A stretch of 64,000 bases of DNA from an uncultured Thermoleophilia bacterium (lineage in GTDB: Bacteria > Actinomycetota > Thermoleophilia > UBA2241), in contig CAVPCT010000005.1 in NCBI GenBank assembly GCA_963702475.1, forward strand, positions 576,001 through 640,000, written 5' to 3'. This document shows, piece after piece, positions 1 through 9,465 of the stretch; the stretch's first letter is position 1, and each line of letters starts with the position of its first letter. The position numbers and the translations under genes were made by a program. The notes under the pieces were generated by a model, which was given only the letters and a program-made list of their open reading frames with translations, searched no databases and was not told the DNA's origin.

Positions 1-170
1 GATAGCTTCGCTGCGGGACTCCTCTCCCCTCTCGCCACAGGCGTTCGCCCCCGGCTTCTCAGGCTGTTATCGGCACGCGAGGTCCAGCCTGTAACTCCCC
101 CACCTCGCGCAGCCTTCACCGAGAAGGAACGTCCGCCTCAAACGAGAGCTTACGTAGAGCCATCATGCAC
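1..170 (-). ncRNA. Putative structured non-coding RNA, cut by the window edge; possibly an IS110-type non-coding end
   Basis: Lacks host codon bias. Minus-strand stem GCGCGAGGT/ACCTCGCGT whose loop CAGGCTG is complementary to downstream CAGCCTG. TAAGCT -10-like hexamer at 147-152. Identity is inference. Confidence 0.3.
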
Positions 171-398
171 CCTGTTGCCACAGCGGACAACACCCGCGAG
201 GGTACGGAGCGGCGCCCACCAGGAACCCATGTCGGCCGGCAGCAGCGTCGGCGCGCGGGCGGTGGCGATCGCGGTCGCACGCAGGTCGCGGCGCGTGCCC
301 GTGAAGGCGGGCGCGCGGGCGCGGGCGGGGACCCCATGCCGGCGTCCGCGCCCCGCACCCTGCTCCCGCTCGCGGCAGGCGCGCTGGATCGATCGGGC

Positions 399-600
399 TC
401 AGGTGACCCCGAAGGAGTCCGACTTCATGGCGCTCTGCGCCTTGCCCGCGGCGTCGGTGTGATGCTGTTGGCGCGGTAGCTGAACTTGAGGGTCTTGCCG
501 CGCTTCACGCTGCTCGGCGCGGAGGCGGGGGTGGCGGTCAACGGCGACGCCTCCACGTTGCCCAGGGTCGACGGCCGTCACCGTGAGCGTCACCGGCCCG
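399..600 (-). pseudogene. Remnant of a secreted-protein C-terminal Ig-like module
   Basis: Fragments in different frames (GNVEASP...SVKRGKTLKFSYR; TDAAGKAQS...VT*) resemble D-x-AGN-type beta-sandwich termini. No intact ORF. Confidence 0.35.
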
Positions 601-670
601 CCGAGGCGCACAGGCAGGCGCCGGAGGCATGGCTCCCCTCAGCGGTCCCCTCACCCCGCCCGCGAGCGGT

Positions 671-2038
671 TCAGTCCCTGCGCCGCTCGCGCACGAAGAC
701 GAGCAGGACAAGCGAGGCGGCGGCGCAAGCCGCCAGAGCCCACCACGCCGGCGAGTACTCGCCGGTCCTGTCGACGATCAGGCCGAACAGGGGCGGCCCG
801 AGGAAGATCCCGACGTTGAAGAACGCCGCCGAGACCCCGGCGGCGGCGCCGGCGGCCACGGGGCCGCCAGTCTCGCCGGCGAGGGTGCCCATGAGGCCGC
901 CCCACCCCACGGCGCCGAACCCGAGGACGAAGAGGACGACCCACAGCAGCCACGTCTGACCGGGCTGCAGGAGCGCCAGAGCGACGCACGAGAGTCCGGC
1001 CAGGATCCCCATACCGAGGAGGGCCGGCACGCGGCGACGGTGCAGGAGGCGGTCGCTCACGAGCCCGCTGAGCGGCTTGCCGAGGGCGCCGGCGAACTGG
1101 CAGAAGGCCAGCATGCCGGCGGCGACCGCCACCGCGTAGCCCCAGGCGGTGTCCAGGAACAGCACGAGGTGCGCGAGCGCCGCGAACTCCACCATGCCGA
1201 GAAAGAGCGCGGCGAGCCCCATCAGCAGGATGTCGCGGGACTTCAGAACGGCGATGAATCCGGACTCCAGCGCCGCACGGTCGGTCCGCTCGTCGCCGGT
1301 CACCGAGGGCAGGCCCTGGTCTATCTCGACGAACGTGAGCGGCGCCTCGGACGCGGTCGGCGCCGGCGCCGCGTCCCGGGCCTCCTCCCCGCCCGCGTCC
1401 TGAGCCGGCGGCGGGGTGCCCGCACCCGCGGGGTCGCGGTACAGCGCGGCGGCGAGGCCGCACACCACGAAAGCCAGGGCCGCGGCGAACACGAAGCCGG
1501 CCTGCCAGCCGTAGGCCACGGCCAGACCGGGCATGATCGCCGCCCCCAACATGCCGCTGACGTTGACCGCCGACTGGTTCACGCCCACGGCGGTCGCCCG
1601 CTCCTGCGGCGGGAACCACAACATGATGGCCTTGACGGCGGTCGGATAGATGAACCCGCAGCCGAGCCCGGAGGCGCCAAGCAGCAGCAGCATGGTGCCG
1701 TAACTGGGGGCCAGGGCGACCAGACCGATGCACACGCCGGTGACGGCGGTGCCGATGAGCAGCGCCCGCCGGACCCCGATGCGGTCGACCAGCCACCCGG
1801 CGAAGATCAGCGTGGGCGCGTAGGCGACGGCGGTGGCGCTGGTGAGCCCGCCGATCTGCGCGTTGTCCAGGTCGAAGGCGCTCTTGAGGAACGGCGCCAG
1901 CGGCCCCACGCACAGCCGTGACAGAAAGACGATGAGATACGCGCTCCACACCACGGCAAGCGCGACGAAGCGGTAGCGCGAGAGCGGGGTGGCCGTGACT
2001 GGGCCGGCCGCTCCCGAGGCGGCGGCGGACGGGGTCAT
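671..2038 (-). CDS. MFS transporter
   Basis: About 12 hydrophobic segments; MFS motif A (GWLVDRIGVRR) and WFPPQERATAVG. Confidence 0.9.
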   Translation of the reverse strand: MTPSAAASGAAGPVTATPLSRYRFVALAVVWSAYLIVFLSRLCVGPLAPFLKSAFDLDNAQIGGLTSATAVAYAPTLIFAGWLVDRIGVRRALLIGTAVTGVCIGLVALAPSYGTMLLLLGASGLGCGFIYPTAVKAIMLWFPPQERATAVGVNQSAVNVSGMLGAAIMPGLAVAYGWQAGFVFAAALAFVVCGLAAALYRDPAGAGTPPPAQDAGGEEARDAAPAPTASEAPLTFVEIDQGLPSVTGDERTDRAALESGFIAVLKSRDILLMGLAALFLGMVEFAALAHLVLFLDTAWGYAVAVAAGMLAFCQFAGALGKPLSGLVSDRLLHRRRVPALLGMGILAGLSCVALALLQPGQTWLLWVVLFVLGFGAVGWGGLMGTLAGETGGPVAAGAAAGVSAAFFNVGIFLGPPLFGLIVDRTGEYSPAWWALAACAAASLVLLVFVRERRRD

Positions 2039-2132
2039 GCCCGGAGTCTATCGGCTTGCGCCCCGCTGCGCCGGGCCGCGGCCCGACCTGCGGAAGACGG
2101 CCGTTCCTCGAGCGACGAGGGTTTGAGAGAGC

Positions 2133-2160
2133 GATACCTTGGTGATATCATATCAGTATC
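2133..2160. promoter_or_regulatory. Probable operator of the SPFH-RHH operon
   Basis: AT-rich GATACC/TGATATCA/TATCA/GTATC repeats upstream of an operon that encodes an RHH protein. Confidence 0.45.
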
Positions 2161-2237
2161 GCATGACAGAGGCATCGCGACGCCACACGGGCGGGCACGG
2201 GGCTCGCCGGCGCCACGGACCGATGGAGGTGGGAGTC

Positions 2238-3275
2238 ATGAGCACGGCAGTCACCAAGGTCCCGACCCAGGAGCGCGAGAGGCGGGTGATGAGCGGCTGG
2301 GGCATGCTCGCCCTCACCCTGGCCCTGTACGTCGCCTGCCCTGTGCTCATCACGTACGCGTTCCTCAGCGGCACGGAGTACGCCAGCGGCGCCGCTCGAC
2401 CGGTCTGGTGGATGTTCGTCACCGGCCTCGTCGCCCTGGGCGTGGCCATCCTCCTCTCCCCCGGGTTCTTCACCCTGCAGCCCAACGAGGCGCGCGTCCT
2501 GATCCTGTTCGGGAGCTACAAAGGCACCTGCAAGCAGGGAGGCTTCCGCTGGGGAAACCCGTTCTACGCCAACGGCCCGACCGGGCAGACGGGCGGCACG
2601 TCGATCTGGACGCAGTCCAAGAACAAGGGTGAAGGCGAGGCGTCGCAGAGCGCCCCCAAACGGCTCAAGCGCTACAAGGTCAGCCTGCGGGCCCGTACCC
2701 TGAACGGCGAGAGGCTGAAGGTGAACGACAAGCGTGGCAACCCGGTCGACATCGCCGCGGTGGTGGTGTGGCGCGTGGAGGACACCGCCAAGGCCGTGTT
2801 CGACGTGGACGACTACGAGTCGTACGTGGCCACCCAGAGCGAGACCGCGGTGCGGCACCTGGCCAGCAGCTACCCGTACGACTCGGGCGAGACCTTCGCC
2901 GACACCGACGACGAGGTGACGTTGCGGGGCAACGTGGACGAGGTCTCGGAGGCGCTGCGCGTGGAGCTCGGGGAGCGGCTCGGGCAGGCCGGCGTGACCG
3001 TGGAGCAGGCGCGCCTCACGCACCTGGCCTACGCGCCCGAGATCGCCCAGGCGATGCTGCGCCGGCAGCAGGCCGAGGCCGTCATCGCCGCGCGCCGCAA
3101 GATCGTGACCGGCGCGGTCAGCATGGTCGAGATGGCGCTCGGTGAGTTCGCCCAGCACGGCACCGTGGACTTCGACGAGGAGCGCAAGGCCGCCATGGTG
3201 AGCAACCTCATGGTCGTGCTGTGCGGAGAGAGCCAGGTCACCCCGGTCGTCAACACGGGCACGCTCTACCAGTGA
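2238..3275 (+). CDS. SPFH/band 7 domain membrane protein
   Basis: Two N-terminal TM helices; LKVND..GNPVDIAAVVVW; HLAYAPEIAQAMLRRQQA; MVSNLMVVLC. RBS upstream of ATG 2238. Confidence 0.92.
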   Translation: MSTAVTKVPTQERERRVMSGWGMLALTLALYVACPVLITYAFLSGTEYASGAARPVWWMFVTGLVALGVAILLSPGFFTLQPNEARVLILFGSYKGTCKQGGFRWGNPFYANGPTGQTGGTSIWTQSKNKGEGEASQSAPKRLKRYKVSLRARTLNGERLKVNDKRGNPVDIAAVVVWRVEDTAKAVFDVDDYESYVATQSETAVRHLASSYPYDSGETFADTDDEVTLRGNVDEVSEALRVELGERLGQAGVTVEQARLTHLAYAPEIAQAMLRRQQAEAVIAARRKIVTGAVSMVEMALGEFAQHGTVDFDEERKAAMVSNLMVVLCGESQVTPVVNTGTLYQ

Positions 3276-3343
3276 GGCCGGCCCGGCTCCTGGTGAGCGG
3301 CGGGCACCGCACGCGAGGTCCTGCGAGCGAGGACGGTTGAGCC

Positions 3344-3535
3344 GTGGCACAGCGCAAACAGTACCTGCTGCGTATCGACCCCGAGCTGTGGCGTGAGGTC
3401 GAGAAGTGGGCGGCGGACGAGCTGCGCAGCGTCAACGCCCAGATCGAGTACGTGCTGCGCGAGGCCGTGCGCAAGCGGACTGGGCGCTCGCCCGGCGCAC
3501 CGCGGGAGCGGCGCGCGGGCGAGGGCGACGGCTGA
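3344..3535 (+). CDS. Arc/ribbon-helix-helix DNA-binding protein
   Basis: [12 protein letters not shown]...[17 protein letters not shown]; a typical neighbour of SPFH genes. Confidence 0.85.
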   Translation: MAQRKQYLLRIDPELWREVEKWAADELRSVNAQIEYVLREAVRKRTGRSPGAPRERRAGEGDG

Positions 3536-3613
3536 GGCCGCCAAGGGTTCGGGCGACGCCGGAGCGGAGAGGCGAGGCCGCCCACGGTTCGGCCGACGCC
3601 GGAGCGGAGATGC
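3534..3613. repeat. 40-bp imperfect tandem duplication (x2)
   Basis: GAGGCCGCCAAGGGTTCGGGCGACGCCGGAGCGGAGAGGC followed by GAGGCCGCCCACGGTTCGGCCGACGCCGGAGCGGAGATGC. Confidence 0.8.
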
Positions 3614-3679
3614 TGGGTGCTGGAGACTCGGCGCGGCGCGGCGACGCCGCCGCGCCGGCCCGCAGCGAAGGAGGTCGCC

Positions 3680-4363
3680 ATGCGCCGGCTGACAGAGCGG
3701 ATCCTCACCTGGTCCGCGCCGCACCCCGAGTACAGGCCGCGGGCGGAAGAGGTCGCGAGCTACGCGCTCCGCGACGGCGGCGCCCTGGCGCTCGTCGACC
3801 CGCTGCTCCCCGCCGACCCGGCGCGGCGCGACGACGTGCTCGGCGAGCTCGACGCGCTCGCCGTCGGCGCGGACCACGTCGAGGTGCTGGTCACCATCCC
3901 GTACCACACCCGCAGCGCCGAGGAGCTGCTGCGGCGGTACGCGAAGGACCGGCCGGCGCGGCTGTGGGGCCACGCCAACGTGCGCAAGCGGCTGCGCGAC
4001 CCCGGCCTGCTCACGGAGGTACCTCAGGCCGCCGCGGGCGAGGCCGCCGAGGTCGCGGACGGCCTCGCCTTGGCGTACACCATCGGCCGCCCGCGGCGCA
4101 GCGAGCACCCATATTTCTTCCCCGCGCTGCGCGCCGTGGTCTTCGGCGACGCCGTGGTCGGCGCTCAGGGAGGCGTGCGGTTCTGGAACCAGAGCTCCGG
4201 CACCGGCGCGGCGTGGTACAGAGACGTGTTCGCGCCGACGCTCGCGCCGCTGGCGGCGCGGGATATCGAGCACGTGCTCGTCACCCACGGACCGCCGGTG
4301 CTGGGCGACGGGCGGCGAGCGCTCGCAGAGTGCCTCGCCGCCCCGCCGGTCGACATGTACTGA
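3680..4363 (+). CDS. Metallo-beta-lactamase-fold protein
   Basis: LALVDP, TIPYHTRS, VVFGDAV, HVLVTHG; AAGGAGG RBS. Confidence 0.7.
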   Translation: MRRLTERILTWSAPHPEYRPRAEEVASYALRDGGALALVDPLLPADPARRDDVLGELDALAVGADHVEVLVTIPYHTRSAEELLRRYAKDRPARLWGHANVRKRLRDPGLLTEVPQAAAGEAAEVADGLALAYTIGRPRRSEHPYFFPALRAVVFGDAVVGAQGGVRFWNQSSGTGAAWYRDVFAPTLAPLAARDIEHVLVTHGPPVLGDGRRALAECLAAPPVDMY

Positions 4364-4392
4364 ACCGGCGCCGGCTGGGCCCCGGCCGGGCC

Positions 4393-6111
4393 TCACACCG
4401 TCTCGCGCCGCGCCTGCCTCCACTTGCGGTACTCGGCGCGCACGAGGCGCACCAGCAGCCACGCGACGCTCACCAGAGCGGCGACGAGCACGATGCGCGC
4501 CCCGAACTGCTCGATGGGCGACAGCCCGACGCTCCCGACCAGGAACGCACCTCCGATGATGAGGGCCGACACGATGAGCGCGTAGGCGAGCAGCGTGAAC
4601 CCCGTCTGCAGCCGCTCCATGAACTCGCGGTACTCAGTCGGCCGTACCGAGATGCGGAACTCGCCCTCGCCGGCGCGGCGCAGCACGCGCGTGGCCTGCA
4701 CCGGCAGGTCGTCGAAGAAGCGCGCGTAGGCGCGCGCCGAGCGCAGCGTGGCCTTGAAGAGGCGGTCGGGTCCGAATTCCTGCGGCACAAGGTGACGGGC
4801 GAACGGCTTGGCGGCGTCCACCATGCGAAAGGACGGGTCGAGCTGCGCCGCCACACCGTCGAGCATCCCGAGCGTGGTCAACAGGACGGTGAGCTCCGTG
4901 GGCAGGTGGAGGTGGTGCTCCCGCACGAGCGTGAGCAGGCGCTGCATGAGGTCCTCGAGACCGCCGCCGGTGTTCTGGCTGCGCCGGTACAGCGCGACCA
5001 GACGTCCGAGCTCGACCTCGAGCCTGGCCACGTCCACCTCGGGCGGCATGCCGGTCATGGTGAGCACGGCCTCGGTGGCGGCGCGCGGGTCGTCGTCGAA
5101 CACCGCGAGCAGCATGTCGAACACGGCGTCGCGGTTGCGGCGCGAGACGGTCGACGTGCGCCCGAAGTCGACGAAGGCGATGCACCCGTCGGCCATGGCG
5201 AACAGATTCCCGGCGTGCGGGTCGGCGTGGTAGAAACCAAGGTCGAAGATCATCCTGAAGTAGACGCCTACGCCGTCCTGGACCACGTGCTCGCGGGACA
5301 CGCCGGGCACATCCTCCTCCTCCAGCTTCGTGCCGGGCACGCCGTCGATGAACGACATGGTGAGCACGCGGCTGGTGGAGTGGTCCCAGAAGACCTCGGG
5401 GAAGACCACGGTCTTGTCGCCGGCGAACGCCTCGCGAAACCGGTCCATGGACCGGCCCTCGTGGGTGTAGTCCAGCTCGGAGCGAAGTACATCGGCGAAC
5501 TCCTGCGTGAGCGCCGAGACGTCGTAGTCCTTGCCCCACTGCGTGTGCGCGGTGACCTTGCGGCCCAGGTCGACGAGGATCTCGAGGTCGATCCCCATGG
5601 TCTCGGTGACGCCGGGGCGCTGCACCTTGACGGCCACCGGAGTGCCGTCCGGCAGCGCCGCCCTGTAGACCTGGCCTATGCTGGCCGCGGCGATGGGCGT
5701 GGTGTCGAACTCGGCGAAGAGCTCGCCGACGGGCGCACCCAGCTCCTCCTCGATGCGCGGGCGCATCTCCTCCCACGGCAGGGTGGGCACATCGTCCTGC
5801 AGCTTGGCGAGCTCGACGGCCAGGTCGGGCGTGACGAGGTCGCGGCGGGTCGCCAGGATCTGGCCCACCTTGATGAAGGCCGGGCCCAGGCGCTCGAGGG
5901 CGCGACGGATGCGCACGGCGCGCGGCAGGTCCTTCTCGGGGACGGACTCCTCCCCCTCGAGCTGCGCGCCCTCGGGCACGTGCTCCTCGAGCCCCGAGCC
6001 GCGCAGCACGTTGAAGACGCGCTCCTCCCAGAGCACCTTGGCGATCTCACGGTAGCGGGCGCGGCGGCGGGCGCCGCGGCTCCCCGCCGGGTGCGCGTGC
6101 GCGCTCGGCAT
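4393..6111 (-). CDS. ABC1/UbiB (AarF) family atypical kinase
   Basis: LGPAFIKVGQ, AASIGQVY, VAVKVQRP, HADPHAGN, DFG; C-terminal TM helices. Confidence 0.93.
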   Translation of the reverse strand: MPSAHAHPAGSRGARRRARYREIAKVLWEERVFNVLRGSGLEEHVPEGAQLEGEESVPEKDLPRAVRIRRALERLGPAFIKVGQILATRRDLVTPDLAVELAKLQDDVPTLPWEEMRPRIEEELGAPVGELFAEFDTTPIAAASIGQVYRAALPDGTPVAVKVQRPGVTETMGIDLEILVDLGRKVTAHTQWGKDYDVSALTQEFADVLRSELDYTHEGRSMDRFREAFAGDKTVVFPEVFWDHSTSRVLTMSFIDGVPGTKLEEEDVPGVSREHVVQDGVGVYFRMIFDLGFYHADPHAGNLFAMADGCIAFVDFGRTSTVSRRNRDAVFDMLLAVFDDDPRAATEAVLTMTGMPPEVDVARLEVELGRLVALYRRSQNTGGGLEDLMQRLLTLVREHHLHLPTELTVLLTTLGMLDGVAAQLDPSFRMVDAAKPFARHLVPQEFGPDRLFKATLRSARAYARFFDDLPVQATRVLRRAGEGEFRISVRPTEYREFMERLQTGFTLLAYALIVSALIIGGAFLVGSVGLSPIEQFGARIVLVAALVSVAWLLVRLVRAEYRKWRQARRETV

Positions 6112-6202
6112 GCGTCCTCCCTTCAGGCGCGGCCGTGCCGCGCGTGTCGGGACCGTATTCCCCGCCCGCGGCTGCGGTCCCTGCCGGCGACCCTCGCGCG
6201 CC

Positions 6203-6246
6203 GTTCAGAGGACTCTCAGCCAGTTCTCAGCGAAGCGGCGTATCAT
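6203..6246 (+). promoter_or_regulatory. OmpR-family tandem operator (TCTCAG-N5-TCTCAG) and -10 TATCAT
   Basis: TCTCAG at 6214 and 6225, a partial copy at 6203 (11-bp period), TATCAT at 6241; upstream of the response regulator. Same hexamer as the mycobacterial MprA box. Confidence 0.6.
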
Positions 6247-6285
6247 GCCCACAGAGCCCGGGACGGAGCACACAGAGGGGGCAGC

Positions 6286-6993
6286 ATGACCGACCAGAGC
6301 GATCCCGCGGGGACCCGCGTCCTCGTCGTGGACGACGAACAGAGCATCACCGACCTCCTGGCGATGGCCCTGCGCTACGAGCACTTCACCGTGCAGGTGG
6401 CGCACGGCGGGCGCGAGGCCCTGGACGCGGTCGAGACCTTCGACCCCGACCTGCTCGTGCTCGACATCATGATGCCGGGCATCGACGGCTTCGAGGTCGC
6501 GAGGCGCCTGCGCAACGCCGAACGGCACGTGCCCATCCTCTTCCTGACCGCCCGCGACACGACCGAGGACAAGGTGCGCGGCCTCACGCTGGGCGGCGAC
6601 GACTACATGACCAAGCCGTTCAGCGTGGAGGAGCTGGTGGCGCGCATCCGTGCCGTCCTGCGGCGCGTGCAGCCCTCCCAGGTCGCCAGGAGCAGGCTCG
6701 TCGTGGCCGACCTGGAGCTGGACGAGGACACCCACGAGGTGATGCGCGCCGGGCAGGAGGTCGAGCTCACGGCGACCGAGTTCAAGCTGCTTCGCTACCT
6801 GATGCTCAACCCGCGCCGGGTGCTCAGCAAGGACCAGATCCTCGATCACGTGTGGAACTACGACTTCGGCGGCAACGCCAACATCGTCGAGACCTACGTG
6901 AGCTACCTGCGGCGCAAGGTCGATTCGCTCGGACCGCCGCTCATCCACACCGTGCGCGGCGTGGGGTACACCGTGCGCCCGCCGCGGGACTGA
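6286..6993 (+). CDS. OmpR/PhoB-family response regulator
   Basis: VLVVDDE, LDIMMP, FLTARD, DDYMTKPF, winged helix IHTVRGVGY. Confidence 0.95.
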   Translation: MTDQSDPAGTRVLVVDDEQSITDLLAMALRYEHFTVQVAHGGREALDAVETFDPDLLVLDIMMPGIDGFEVARRLRNAERHVPILFLTARDTTEDKVRGLTLGGDDYMTKPFSVEELVARIRAVLRRVQPSQVARSRLVVADLELDEDTHEVMRAGQEVELTATEFKLLRYLMLNPRRVLSKDQILDHVWNYDFGGNANIVETYVSYLRRKVDSLGPPLIHTVRGVGYTVRPPRD

Positions 6994-7009
6994 GCCCCCG
7001 AGTCTCGCC

Positions 7010-8467
7010 GTGACGCTCCGTACCCGCCTGCTGCTCGCGCTGCTCGGCCTCATGGCCGCCGGCCTCGTCGTCGCCGGGCTCGTGACGTACTCGTCCCTGC
7101 GCTCGTTCCTGCTCGAGCGCGTGGACGCGCAGCTCCGCGACGCACGCAGCCAGGTCGCGTACGCCCTCACCAACGGCGCCCAGGCCCTGCCCGGCCAGCT
7201 CCCCGCCGCCGGCCAGGCCAGCCTGCCGCCGGGCACCTACGGGGAGCTGCGCACCAGCGACGGGCAGGTCCTCAACCGCGTCACGTTCGCCTACGGCAAC
7301 GAGACGCAGCCGGTGCCCGACCTGCCCAGCCCGCTGCCCGGCGCCTCCGGCGAGAGCGGCGCCATCAGCGAGCTCGTCGCCGGCGCGAGCAGCGGTTCCA
7401 CCCGCTTCCGCGTGCTCGTCCAGTCGTTCCCCGACGTGAACCGGGTGCTCATCGTGGCCGAGCCGCTCACCGAGACGTACCAGACGCTCGGGCGGCTGCT
7501 CGTCCTCGAGCTCATCGTGTTCGGACTGGTACTCGCCGGCCTCGGCGTGGCCGCATGGCTCATCATCAAGCGCGACCTGCACCCGCTCGAGGACATGGCC
7601 GACACCGCAGGTCGCATCGCCGCCGGCGACCTCACGCAGCGCGTGGAGCCGGCCGAGGACCGCACCGAGGTCGGCCGGCTCGGCCTGAGCCTCAACGTCA
7701 TGCTCGACCAGATCGAGACGGCGTTCGCGGAGCGCACCCGCTCCGAGGACAAGCTGCGGCGCTTCCTCGCCGACGCCTCACACGAGCTGCGCACCCCGCT
7801 CACCAGCATCCGCGGCTACTCCGAGCTGTTCGAGCGCGCCAAGGACGAGCCCGAGGACCTCGCGACCGCCATGCGCCGCATCGAGGAAGAGAGCAAACGT
7901 ATGGGCGTGATGGTCGACGAGCTGCTGTTGCTCGCCCGGCTCGGCGAGAGCCGCACGCCCGAACGCGCGCCCGTGGACCTTGCGCGCGTCGTGAGCGACG
8001 CCGTCGCCGACGCGCGCGCCGCCGACCCCGGTCGTCCGCTCACCCTGGACGCCCCGGCCGAGCTCCTGGTGACCGGCGACGACCTGCAACTCCGCCAGGT
8101 CGTCGCCAACCTGCTCGCCAACGCGCGCAAGCACACGCCCGTCGGCACGCCGGTGCGCGTGAGCCTGCGCGCGGAGGACGAGCACGTGGCCGCCGGGCGA
8201 CCGCGCGGCGGCCACGCCGTGCTCACCGTCGACGACGACGGCCCCGGCATGGAGCCCGACGTGGCCGCGAGGGTGTTCGAGCCCTTCTACCGCGCCGACA
8301 AGTCGCGGGCGCGGCAGTCAGGCGGCGCCGGTCTGGGCCTGGCCATCGTCGCCGCTATCGTGGAGGCGCACGACGGCTCGGTGCGGCTGGACACGGCGCC
8401 CGGCGCCGGCGCCGGCTTCACCGTGAGCCTCCCGCTGGCGCCCGCCGCCCCCGCTCGAGCCCGGTGA
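7010..8467 (+). CDS. HAMP-domain sensor histidine kinase
   Basis: Two TMs, HAMP, H-box DASHELRTPL, N-box NLLANA, G-boxes DDGPGM and GAGLGLAI. Confidence 0.95.
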   Translation: MTLRTRLLLALLGLMAAGLVVAGLVTYSSLRSFLLERVDAQLRDARSQVAYALTNGAQALPGQLPAAGQASLPPGTYGELRTSDGQVLNRVTFAYGNETQPVPDLPSPLPGASGESGAISELVAGASSGSTRFRVLVQSFPDVNRVLIVAEPLTETYQTLGRLLVLELIVFGLVLAGLGVAAWLIIKRDLHPLEDMADTAGRIAAGDLTQRVEPAEDRTEVGRLGLSLNVMLDQIETAFAERTRSEDKLRRFLADASHELRTPLTSIRGYSELFERAKDEPEDLATAMRRIEEESKRMGVMVDELLLLARLGESRTPERAPVDLARVVSDAVADARAADPGRPLTLDAPAELLVTGDDLQLRQVVANLLANARKHTPVGTPVRVSLRAEDEHVAAGRPRGGHAVLTVDDDGPGMEPDVAARVFEPFYRADKSRARQSGGAGLGLAIVAAIVEAHDGSVRLDTAPGAGAGFTVSLPLAPAAPARAR

Positions 8468-8473
8468 GCGCCC

Positions 8474-9329
8474 TCACACCTCGACGATCCGCCCGCGCCG
8501 CACGCGAACGCGGGCACGGTCGAGGCTGGGTTCGGCCAGGCCGCGCCGCACGTTGTAGGCGACGAACGGCGTGAAGACCCTCCAGTCGGCCGGCGAGCGC
8601 ACGGCGCCGACCGGACAGCGCAGGGCGCACTCAAGACAGGCGAGGCAGTCGCGGCCCCACGACGGGACGGCCCTGCGCTCCCGCTGCGTGACGTTGCCCA
8701 CCGGACACGCGCGGACGCAGACGCCGCAGCCGTCGCACACCGCGGCGTCCGCCGAGAACCGCGGCGCGTACAGGCGAGTCACCAGCGGCGGCCAGAGACA
8801 GGCCCGCTCGAGCGCGTACATCCAGTGCGTGGGCCCGTCCGGCCGCGGGACGGGCCCGAGACCGCGCGCGGCGCACGCCGCCCAGTCCTCCGCCGCCGCC
8901 AGCTCGCGCTCCTCGGGGTGGCCCGTTGAGAACTGGTAGCCGCGCCGGGCGTACGGCAGTAGCGGCGCCGTGCAGACGGTGGTAGCCGCTCTGGGCGGCG
9001 CCGCGCTCGCGCAGAAGCCGCCGCAGTTGGTCGCCGGCCGCGCCCACGTAGGTGCCGTGCATCACGAACGCGAGCGTCCGCACGCCGTCCAGCCGAGGCA
9101 GGCCACGGACCCACTCGCTCACGTTAGCCGGGAGCCGGATGTAGTGCGTCGGCGCACCGACGACGAGCAGATCCACATCGGGCGGGACGGCGGGGCCGTC
9201 CTGCGCCCGGCGGAGTTCCGCCACGTCGGCCGTGACGCCGCCGCGCCGCAGGCCGCGAGCGACGCGTTCGGCCGTCTGACGCGTGGTGCCCGTGATCGAG
9301 AAGTACACCACCAGCGCGTTCGGCATCAC
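8474..9329 (-). CDS. EFR1-type flavodoxin-ferredoxin fusion (one frameshift near 8960)
   Basis: YFSITGTT flavodoxin N-terminus; C-terminal CDGCGVCVRACP and CLACLECALRCP in another frame. Confidence 0.8.
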
Positions 9330-9465
9330 GACTCCCCAGGTCCCGTTCCCGCACGGACCGTAGCACCACGATCACTCGTCGAACGCTTGAGCAACGTCAA
9401 GCCTGAGCCTCAGGATCCGGTGGTACCATCCGCTCAGCGATAATCCCAACCAATGGAGTCGGGTA

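Noticed and set aside
1-170. tmRNA, riboswitch or selenoprotein (two in-frame TGA) interpretations
   Set aside because: No tmRNA termini or Ala-Ala tag, no recognisable riboswitch core, and codon usage unlike host genes.
3534-3613. 40-bp repeat (and the 31-bp repeat at 33683) as a mini-CRISPR
   Set aside because: Head-to-tail duplications with no spacers and no cas genes.
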